Positions 56,802-64,000 of a stretch of DNA of 64,000 nt are shown in pieces. This DNA is from an uncultured Gemmatimonadales bacterium (GTDB lineage: Bacteria > Gemmatimonadota > Gemmatimonadetes > Longimicrobiales > Longimicrobiaceae). Every line of letters starts with the position of its first letter. Position 1 is the stretch's first letter. The notes beneath the pieces were generated by a model. It saw nothing but the letters and a program-made list of their open reading frames with translations. It had not been told where the DNA came from and ran no database searches. The DNA lies in the NCBI GenBank assembly GCA_963716255.1, contig OY970303.1, positions 3,840,001 to 3,904,000 of the forward strand, in the 5' to 3' direction. The translations under genes were made by a program, and so were the position numbers.

Positions 56802-56841
56802 AGCGCCCCGGCCGGAAGTTCGGTCGGGGCGCTGATTTTTT
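56802..56841 (+). terminator. Intrinsic terminator
   Basis: 13-bp stem followed by GATTTTTT. Confidence 0.7.
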
Positions 56842-56865
56842 CGGCGTTCGGTGGCGGGCCGCTAC

Positions 56866-56983
56866 GGAGCCGGACGATACTGCCGTCCGTCTCCTCCGCG
56901 GGCTACGGGAGCCCCGCCAAACTGCCGGCGGGTCTCCCTGCGCCGGAGGGAGCCAGCCGAAACTGCCCGGCTGTCTCCCTCCG
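56866..56983. repeat. Three tandem hairpins homologous to hairpin 3 of the structured repeat
   Basis: GGAGCC-stem-AWACTGC-stem-GTCTCC at 56866-56894, 56907-56938 and 56944-56983. Confidence 0.75.
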
Positions 56984-57034
56984 TGACAGAATGATGTGGG
57001 TACGACGTGAACTGCCAACGGCTGAACGGCAGGA

Positions 57035-59338
57035 CTACGGGACCGGCGCGGTTTCGGGGTCCGGGGTGTCCTGCTCCTTCCCGGCCGCCGGCTCCGGGAA
57101 GCGGAAGACGAAACCCTCGCCTTCTTCGGCGGCGTCCACCTCCACCGTTCCCCCGTTTTCCAGCCTGCCGAACAGGATCTCCTCGCCCAGCGGCTGCTTC
57201 AGCTCCTCCTGGATCAGGCGGGCCAGGGGGCGGGCGCCGTTGAGCGGGTCCAGGCCGCGGGCGGCCAGGCGCGTGCGGGCGGCGGGGGTCAGCTCCACCG
57301 CCACCTCGCGGTCGGCGAGCAGGGCGCGCAGCTCCCCCAGCATGCGCTCCACGATGCGCTCCATCACCGGCAGAGTCAGCCCCGCGAAGGCGATGCGGGC
57401 GTCCAGGCGGTTGCGGAACTCGGGGGAGAAGTGGCGCTCGAAGGCGCGCTCGTCGTCCCCCTCGCCCGTGGCCCCGCCGAAGCCCATGCGCCGGCGCGAC
57501 AGGTCCTCCGCGCCCACGTTGCTGGTCATGATGAGGATGACGTTGCGGAAGTCCGCCTGCTTGCCGTTGTTGTCGGTCAGCTTGCCGTAGTCCATCACCT
57601 GCAGGAGGATGTTGAAGACGTCCGGGTGCGCCTTCTCGATCTCGTCCAGCAGGAGCACGGCGTGCGGGGTGCGGTTCACCGCCTCGGTGAGCAGCCCCGC
57701 CTGGTCGAAGCCCACGTACCCCGGCGGCGCCCCGATCAGGCGCGACACCGTGTGCCGCTCCATGTACTCCGACATGTCGAAGCGGATCAGCTCCATCCCC
57801 AGCGTCTCGGCCAGGGCGCGGGCCACCTCCGTCTTGCCCACCCCGGTGGGGCCGGTGAACAGGAACGAGCCGATGGGCTTCTGCGGGTCGCGCAGGCCGG
57901 CGCGCGCCAGCTTGATCGCGGCGGCCACCTGGCCGCAGGCGCGGTCCTGCCCGAAGACGCGGCTCCGGAGGTCGGTCTCCAGCGAGCGCAGGCGCTCCTT
58001 GTCGGAGCGGGACACCGTGCGCGGGGGGATCTGCGCCATGGTGGCGAGGATCGCCTCCACCTCGGCGGCGCCCACCACCGGGGGCTCCCCCTCGCCGGCG
58101 TGCTCCAGCTTCACGCCCGCGCCGGCCTCGTCCAGCAGGTCGATGGCCTTGTCCGGGAGCTTGCGGTCGTGCAGGTAGCGGTGCGCCAGCTCGGCGGCCG
58201 CGCGGATGGCCTCGTCGGAGTAGCGCACGCCGTGGAACTCCTCGTAGCGGGGGCGCAGCCCCTCCAGGATGCGGACGGTGTCCTCCAGCCCCGGCTCGGG
58301 GATCTCCACCTTCTGGAAGCGGCGCGCGAGGGCGCGGTCCTTTTCGAAGTGCGAGCGAAACTCCTCCCAGGTGGTGGAGCCGATGCAGCGCAGCCCCGCG
58401 GCGAGCGCCGGCTTGAGCAGGTTGGAGGCGTCCATGGCCCCGCCGCTGGTCATCCCCGCGCCCACCAGGGTGTGGATCTCGTCGATGAACAGGATCGCGT
58501 TCGGGCGCGCCTCCAGCTCCCGCAGCACCGCCTTGAGGCGCTCCTCGAAGTCGCCGCGGTAGCGGGTGCCGGCCAGCAGCGATCCCATGTCCAGCGCGAA
58601 GATCTCCGCGTCGCGCAGGGGCGCGGGCACCTCGCCGCGGAACACCTTCCAGGCGAGCCCCTCCACCAGCGCCGTCTTCCCCACGCCGGGGTCGCCCACG
58701 AAGAGCGGGTTGTTCTTGCGGCGGCGCGACAGGATGTGGACGGCGCGCGCCACCTCGCGCTCCCGCCCGATCAGCGGGTCGATGCGCCCCTCCGCCGCCA
58801 GCCGCGCCAGCGGCACGGTGAAGCGGGCGAGCGCGCCCGCCAGCTTCTCGCCGGGCTCGTCGTCGTCCGGGGCCGCCCCGGCGGGGGCGTGCGCCGGCTC
58901 GTCGTCGGGGCCGTGCGACAGGGCGCGCATCAGCGCCAGCCGGGTGAGCCCTTCCTCCTCCATGAAGTGAACCGCGTACGAGTCGGGCTCGTCCCACATG
59001 GCCACCACCACGTGCGGGCCCGCCACCTCGTCCTTGCCGGCGCGCAGCACCTGCAGCGCCGCCTGCTGCACCACGCGCCGGAAGGCCAGGGTGAGCACCG
59101 GCTCCGTGCCCTCGTCGGCGCTGGCCTCCACCTCCTGGCCCAGGTAGCGGTCCAGGCGCGCCTTGACGCGCTCCACGTCCGCCCCGCAGCGCTCCACCGC
59201 GGCGGCGGTGGCGGCGTCGTGCAGCAGGGCGAAGAGGAGGTGCTCCAGCCCCGCCATCTCGTGGCTCCGCCGCGCCGCTTCCAGCACGGCCAGGCGGAGC
59301 GTCACTTCCAGCTCGGGGCGAAGTGCGGGGTTGGCCAT
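57035..59338 (-). CDS. clpA: ATP-dependent Clp protease ATP-binding subunit ClpA
   Basis: Two AAA+ modules ([16 protein letters not shown]), [15 protein letters not shown] loop; downstream of clpS. Confidence 0.95.
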   Translation of the reverse strand: MANPALRPELEVTLRLAVLEAARRSHEMAGLEHLLFALLHDAATAAAVERCGADVERVKARLDRYLGQEVEASADEGTEPVLTLAFRRVVQQAALQVLRAGKDEVAGPHVVVAMWDEPDSYAVHFMEEEGLTRLALMRALSHGPDDEPAHAPAGAAPDDDEPGEKLAGALARFTVPLARLAAEGRIDPLIGREREVARAVHILSRRRKNNPLFVGDPGVGKTALVEGLAWKVFRGEVPAPLRDAEIFALDMGSLLAGTRYRGDFEERLKAVLRELEARPNAILFIDEIHTLVGAGMTSGGAMDASNLLKPALAAGLRCIGSTTWEEFRSHFEKDRALARRFQKVEIPEPGLEDTVRILEGLRPRYEEFHGVRYSDEAIRAAAELAHRYLHDRKLPDKAIDLLDEAGAGVKLEHAGEGEPPVVGAAEVEAILATMAQIPPRTVSRSDKERLRSLETDLRSRVFGQDRACGQVAAAIKLARAGLRDPQKPIGSFLFTGPTGVGKTEVARALAETLGMELIRFDMSEYMERHTVSRLIGAPPGYVGFDQAGLLTEAVNRTPHAVLLLDEIEKAHPDVFNILLQVMDYGKLTDNNGKQADFRNVILIMTSNVGAEDLSRRRMGFGGATGEGDDERAFERHFSPEFRNRLDARIAFAGLTLPVMERIVERMLGELRALLADREVAVELTPAARTRLAARGLDPLNGARPLARLIQEELKQPLGEEILFGRLENGGTVEVDAAEEGEGFVFRFPEPAAGKEQDTPDPETAPVP

Positions 59339-59340
59339 CT

Positions 59341-59676
59341 CTATTCGGGCTCCATGGTCAGGAGGAGGGGAAAACCCTCCTCGCGCGCGGCCTCGGTGAC
59401 CTGTGCCACCTTGGTCTCCGCCACCTCGCGGGTGTAGCGCCCCGCCACGCCCACGCCGTGGGTGTGCACCTCCAGCATGATCTGGGCGGCCTCGGTGGCC
59501 GTCTTGCGGAAGAAGCGCACCAGCACGTCCACCACGAACTCCATGGTGGTGTAGTCGTCGTTGTGGAAGAGGACCCGGTACAGGCGCGGGGTCTTCGCGC
59601 GGGGGCGGTCCTCCAGCAGCAGCTCCTCGCGCCTGGCGGGGTCCTGCCCGGCGTCGCCGCGGTCTCGGTCCGGCAT
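59341..59676 (-). CDS. clpS: Clp protease adaptor ClpS
   Basis: YRVLFHNDDYTTMEFVV, IMLEVH and EVAETK motifs. Confidence 0.95.
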   Translation of the reverse strand: MPDRDRGDAGQDPARREELLLEDRPRAKTPRLYRVLFHNDDYTTMEFVVDVLVRFFRKTATEAAQIMLEVHTHGVGVAGRYTREVAETKVAQVTEAAREEGFPLLLTMEPE

Positions 59677-59832
59677 GTCCTGCTGGGCTCTGGTGTCCGG
59701 GTGCCCGCGCGCTCGGGCGCCGCGTGGCCGTCTCCTCCACAAAAGGAACGGTACACCCGGCCCGCGGCAAGGATTCGCGCCGTGACGGGGGCGGACGGGG
59801 GTGCGGCACGCGATTTTCGTGCAGGCGCGGCC

Positions 59833-60621
59833 ATGGACGACCCGACACGGACCTTTCCCGACGACCGGACCCGCGACGCGGGGCGGATGGCGCACGAGCT
59901 CCTGGTGCAGCGCATCCTCCAGCCCGACGACGTCACCTGCGGCCCCACCTGCCTGCGCAAGGTGTACCAGTACTACGGCCTGGAGCTGGAGCTGGAGCAG
60001 GTGCTGGGCGAGATCGACCGCAACGAGGACGGCGGGACGCTCGCCGTGTTCCTGGGGATCTCCGCCCTGCGGCGCGGCTTCCGCGCGCGGCTGTACTCGT
60101 ACGACCTGCGCATCTTCGACCCCAGCTGGTTCGAGCTCCCCATGCCCGCTCTGTCGGAAAAGATCCACCGCCGCGTTCCCTTCCTCACCAGCGCGAAGAC
60201 CATCCGCGCCGCCCGCGCGTACCTGGATTTCCTGGAGCAGGGCGGGGAGATGCGATTCGACGAGCTGACCCCGGGACTGCTCAAGGGGATCCTGGACCGC
60301 GACCATCCCATCCTCGCGGGGCTGTCCGCCACCTACCTGTACCGCTGGACGCGCGAGCGGCAGCTGGAGGAGGTGGACGAGCTGGTGCCGGACGACGTGC
60401 GCGGCGAGCCCACCGGGCACTTCATCGTCATCGCCGGCTACGAGCAGTGGGGGCGGCGCTTCTCGCTGCGCGACCCCTCGGTGCACGTGCCGGAGGCGGG
60501 CGACGGACGGCAGGTGGTGGACGCCCAGAGCCTGATCAACGCCATCCTCCTGGGCGACCTCACCTACGACGCGGTGCTGCTGGAGATGTGGCGCGCGGAC
60601 CGCGAAGGAGAGGCCGCGTGA
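59833..60621 (+). CDS. C39-like (papain-fold) peptidase
   Basis: QPDDVTCGPTCL, GHFIVIAGY and RDP give a Cys-His-Asp triad; no signal peptide. Confidence 0.85.
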   Translation: MDDPTRTFPDDRTRDAGRMAHELLVQRILQPDDVTCGPTCLRKVYQYYGLELELEQVLGEIDRNEDGGTLAVFLGISALRRGFRARLYSYDLRIFDPSWFELPMPALSEKIHRRVPFLTSAKTIRAARAYLDFLEQGGEMRFDELTPGLLKGILDRDHPILAGLSATYLYRWTRERQLEEVDELVPDDVRGEPTGHFIVIAGYEQWGRRFSLRDPSVHVPEAGDGRQVVDAQSLINAILLGDLTYDAVLLEMWRADREGEAA

Positions 60622-63548
60622 GCCGGCGCCGGGTGGTGGTGGTGGTCTCGGACCCGCGCACGGCGACCGACCTGCCGGCGGAGATGCTGGTGTCGGCGGA
60701 CGAGTACCTTGAGGGCGGACCGGCGCTGACCGACCGGCAGCTGGTGGTGGTCAACCTGTGCAACTCGTACCGCTACCGCACGCGCGGCTACTACGTGTCG
60801 CTGCTGGCGGACGCGCGCGGGCAGACGGTGGTGCCCAGCGTGGAGACCATCGAAGGATTGTCGGAGGCGTACGGGGTGTTCCGGGCGCTGCGCGAGGCGG
60901 GCGTCCCCACGGTGGACGTGCGGGAGATGCGGTCGCGCCACGGGTCGCTCCCCGCGGCGATCTCGCCGGAGGCGGACGACGCCGGCGGCGCCGACGACAC
61001 GCCCGTCCCCCTGCTGCGGGTGGACGCGGCGGAGGGCCCGGCGTACCGGCCCGCGTCGGACGCGGAGGTGGCGGAGACGCTTAGCTACTTCGGGAGCTGC
61101 ACGGACCCGCGCGTGCGTGCGGCCTCGCTGACGGTGTACCGGGAGTGGCCCGCGCCGGTGCTGCGCATCCAGTGGATCCTGGAGGAGGAGGAGTGGAAGG
61201 TGACGGGGGTGGCGCCCCTGTCCCTCCGCCAGCTGAGACGCGAGCAGCGCGCGGAGCTGGCGGAGGCGCTGCGCAACGAGCGCCTGGTGGTGCGCCGGGG
61301 CTCGCCCCCGCCCTCGGAAGGAAAGCGGGCGGCGATCGCGGTGCTGGTGGACGAGGGCGATCCCTTTTCCCCGTCGTCGCCGGAAACCATCGACAAGCTG
61401 GAGCGGGTGGCCGCGCGCATGAACGTGTACGTGCAGCGCATCGGCCTGGGCGACCTGGACAAGCTGGGCGAGTACGACGCGCTCTTCATCCGCGCCTTAA
61501 CCTCGGTGAGCACGCCGGCCTTCCAGTTCGCGCTGCGTGCGGAGGCGCTGGACATGCCGGTGGTGGACGACTCGCAGTCCATCATCCGCTGCAGCAACAA
61601 GGTGTTCCTGGACGAGCTGCTGCGCCGCGAGGGGATCCCCACCCCGCGCACGCTGGTGGCGACGGCGCGCACCCCGGCCGAGCAGCTGGCGGAGCTGGGC
61701 TTCCCGGCGGTGATCAAGCTCCCGGACGGGTCGTTCTCGGCGGCGGTGCACAAGGTGAGCTCGCCGGAGGAGTACCGGGAGCGCGCGGCGGAGATGTTCA
61801 GGCGCTCCCCGCTGATCATCGCCCAGGAGTACCTTCCCACCGAGTTCGACTGGCGGGTCACGGTACTGGACGGGCAGCTCCTCTTCGCGGCGCGCTACTT
61901 CATGGCGCGCGGCCACTGGCAGATCCGCACCGAGGAAAAGGGGACGGAGCGCTACGGGCGGGTGGAGGCGGTGGCCCGCGACGCGGCGCCCCGGGCGGTG
62001 GTGGAGCTGGCGCTGCGGGCGGCGGGGCTGATCGGGCGGGGATTGTACGGGGTGGACATCAAGGAGACGCCCGCGGGGCCGGTGGTGATCGAGATCAACG
62101 ACAACCCCAACCTGGACGTGGGCTACGAGGACGCGGCGGACGGCGCCGCCGTCTACGAGGACGTGGTGCGCTTCTTCCTGCGGCGGGTGGAGGAGGGGAC
62201 CGACGGGACGGAGCCCGCGGCCGAGGCCGCCCCCGCGGAGGAGACGGCGCCGCTGCGCGCGCCCATCCGCCCGCGGCGCCCGGCGCCCCAGCCGCGGGCG
62301 CACTACCGCCCCTTCGAGGTGGCCGGGGTGGAGCTGGAGTACCCGGTGGTGGACCGCGACCTCAACGTGGCGCACCGGGTGGAGGAGGCGTTCCGGACGC
62401 TGGCGGGGCGCCGGTGCTCGGACGTGGACCTGGGTGCGGTGGGGCTTTCCAACGAGATCGCGGACCACGTGCTGGAGGTGAAGACGCAGGCCCCGGTGCG
62501 CAGCCTGGCGGAGGCGGAGGAGGTCCTGGTGGAGGGGATCCAGCGCTTCTCGGCGGTGCTGCGCGACCAGTTCGACGCGCGCCTCATGCCCACGGGGATG
62601 CACCCCTGGATGGACCCCAGGGCCGGGCGGCTCTGGCGGCGCTCCAACGCCCGCGTCTACGATACCTACGCGCGCCTCTTCGACGTGAAGTCGCACGGGT
62701 GGATGAACGTCAACAGCTGCCACCTGAGCCTGCCCATGGGGCGCGAGGCGGAGTCGGTGGCCATGCTCAACGCGGCGGCGCTGCTCGTCCCCTATCTCCC
62801 GGCGCTGGCCGCGTCGTCGCCCATGTACGACGGCGAGCTGCAGCCGGCGGCGGACGGGCGGCTGGCGTGGATCCTGGAGCACCAGGCCCGCATCCCCGAG
62901 TTGCAGGGCGAGATCGTGCCGGAGTACATCGACAGCCTGGCGGACTACCGCAGGCGCATCCTGGGGGGGATGTACTCGGCGCTGGACCGCATTCCCGACA
63001 CGGGGCCCATCCGCCACGAGTTCTTCAACGCGCGCGGGGCGGTGTTCAAGGCGTCCAGCAAGCGCATGGAGGTGCGGGTGCTGGACACGCAGGAGTGCGT
63101 GAGGATGGACATGGCGGTGTCCTCGTTCGTGCGCTCGGCGCTCAAGACGCTGACGCAGCGGGTGATGGAGGGGCGGGCGCCGCTCCCGGCCCACGCCGTG
63201 CTGGTGGCGGACTTCCGCGCGGTGGTGCGCGACGGGAGCCGCGCGCGGGTGACGGCGCCGCACTTCGGCTCGGTGGCGCGCGACGCGGACGGGCGCGCGG
63301 ACGTGCGCGACGTGCTGCGGGTGCTGCTGGAGGACGCGCGCCGCTCGGTGCGCAGGGACGAGGCGGAGTACCTGGAGCTGGCGGGGCGGATCATCGAGGC
63401 GGGGACGCTGTCGGAGCGCATCCGCGCTGCGCTGCTCCCCTTCCAGGAAGCGGAGGACGAGGTGTTCACGGACGCGGCGCGGCGCATCTACATCGAGCTG
63501 ATGGACTGCCTGGAGGCGAACGAGCCGTGGGCCCGGAGGTGGGGGTGA
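60618..63548 (+). CDS. Fusion of an RLAN + RimK-type ATP-grasp ligase with a GCS2 (glutamate-cysteine ligase family 2) domain
   Basis: NLCNSYRY..GYYVSLLADARG; IKLPDGSFS, QEYLPT and EINDNPN; linker; GVELEY, GMHPW and EVRVLD. Confidence 0.88.
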   Translation: MSRRRVVVVVSDPRTATDLPAEMLVSADEYLEGGPALTDRQLVVVNLCNSYRYRTRGYYVSLLADARGQTVVPSVETIEGLSEAYGVFRALREAGVPTVDVREMRSRHGSLPAAISPEADDAGGADDTPVPLLRVDAAEGPAYRPASDAEVAETLSYFGSCTDPRVRAASLTVYREWPAPVLRIQWILEEEEWKVTGVAPLSLRQLRREQRAELAEALRNERLVVRRGSPPPSEGKRAAIAVLVDEGDPFSPSSPETIDKLERVAARMNVYVQRIGLGDLDKLGEYDALFIRALTSVSTPAFQFALRAEALDMPVVDDSQSIIRCSNKVFLDELLRREGIPTPRTLVATARTPAEQLAELGFPAVIKLPDGSFSAAVHKVSSPEEYRERAAEMFRRSPLIIAQEYLPTEFDWRVTVLDGQLLFAARYFMARGHWQIRTEEKGTERYGRVEAVARDAAPRAVVELALRAAGLIGRGLYGVDIKETPAGPVVIEINDNPNLDVGYEDAADGAAVYEDVVRFFLRRVEEGTDGTEPAAEAAPAEETAPLRAPIRPRRPAPQPRAHYRPFEVAGVELEYPVVDRDLNVAHRVEEAFRTLAGRRCSDVDLGAVGLSNEIADHVLEVKTQAPVRSLAEAEEVLVEGIQRFSAVLRDQFDARLMPTGMHPWMDPRAGRLWRRSNARVYDTYARLFDVKSHGWMNVNSCHLSLPMGREAESVAMLNAAALLVPYLPALAASSPMYDGELQPAADGRLAWILEHQARIPELQGEIVPEYIDSLADYRRRILGGMYSALDRIPDTGPIRHEFFNARGAVFKASSKRMEVRVLDTQECVRMDMAVSSFVRSALKTLTQRVMEGRAPLPAHAVLVADFRAVVRDGSRARVTAPHFGSVARDADGRADVRDVLRVLLEDARRSVRRDEAEYLELAGRIIEAGTLSERIRAALLPFQEAEDEVFTDAARRIYIELMDCLEANEPWARRWG

Positions 63549-63982
63549 GGGCCGCGCCCGCCGGATTCGCCGTGCTCCTCGCCCTCGCCGCGGCGGGGTG
63601 CGCCTCGGGCGGGTCGGCCGCGCCGCCGGAGACGCTTTCCGGCGGGTTCGTGGTGGTGGGCGTCCAGGGGCGCCTGCAGCCGCTGGAGCGCGGCGGGGGC
63701 GGCGCGGAGGCCGCGGCGTGCGCGGGGACGGAGGGCGGCGGCGGGGCGGCCCGGCTGGACCGGTCGCGCCGCTTCGTGCTCACGGTGAAGCAGCGGGACG
63801 CCTGCTCGGGGGAGGTGGAGCGCGAGCTGAGCGGCACCTACGTGCGGCGCGGCGAGCACCTGGGGTTCGAGGCGCGGCTCCCGGACGGCGCCACGCTGCG
63901 CTTCCACGGCACCACCAACGACACCACGCTGACGGTGCGGCTCTCCGGGGCGGAGATCCTTCTCCGGCGCGCCGGGAGGTAG
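63545..63982 (+). CDS. Putative lipoprotein
   Basis: GTGA overlap with the upstream gene; AAGC lipobox. Confidence 0.7.
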   Translation: MRAAPAGFAVLLALAAAGCASGGSAAPPETLSGGFVVVGVQGRLQPLERGGGGAEAAACAGTEGGGGAARLDRSRRFVLTVKQRDACSGEVERELSGTYVRRGEHLGFEARLPDGATLRFHGTTNDTTLTVRLSGAEILLRRAGR

Positions 63983-64000
63983 CCCGCGCGGCCCGGACCG

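Noticed and set aside
1..64000. Many long Arg/Pro/Gly/Ala-rich ORFs in the track (e.g. 6338-9172, 19353-21764, 51705-54425)
   Set aside because: Alternative-frame or antisense shadows typical of high-GC DNA; no recognisable motifs

Overview
High-GC bacterial chromosomal window; gene style suggests Gemmatimonadota (Longimicrobium-like), which is my inference. 1) 300-22564: Wzx/Wzy-type polysaccharide locus (flippase, six glycosyltransferases, methyltransferase, O-antigen-ligase-like protein, priming sugar transferase, Wzc, Wza). It is interleaved with an exosortase-EpsI-PEP-CTERM sorting system and a sigma54 activator whose adjacent histidine kinase is frameshifted. 2) 22575-35224: signalling genes (GAF-HisKA, receiver, Ser/Thr kinase, PP2C, FHA, histidine kinase, diguanylate cyclase) plus an amidase and a TolB-like protein. 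3) 35631-51396: two stacked islands integrated at tRNA-Asn(GTT), carrying an integrase/excisionase, an IS1380, HEPN, PD-(D/E)xK and HNH nuclease candidates, duplicated XRE genes, a His-less DHp mini-protein and a Cys-rich secreted peptide. 4) 51699-63982: cell-wall enzymes, lipoproteins, clpS-clpA and a divergent C39 peptidase plus RimK-GCS2 double-ligase fusion. Non-coding highlights: (a) a recurring 18-bp TGT-N12-ACA enhancer-like palindrome about 86-140 bp upstream of sigma54 -24/-12 boxes, linking the polysaccharide, sorting, Ser/Thr and c-di-GMP genes into a candidate regulon; (b) a ~128-nt multi-copy structured element with compensatory base changes, mostly in 3' UTRs. All domain calls are by eye, without database searches.
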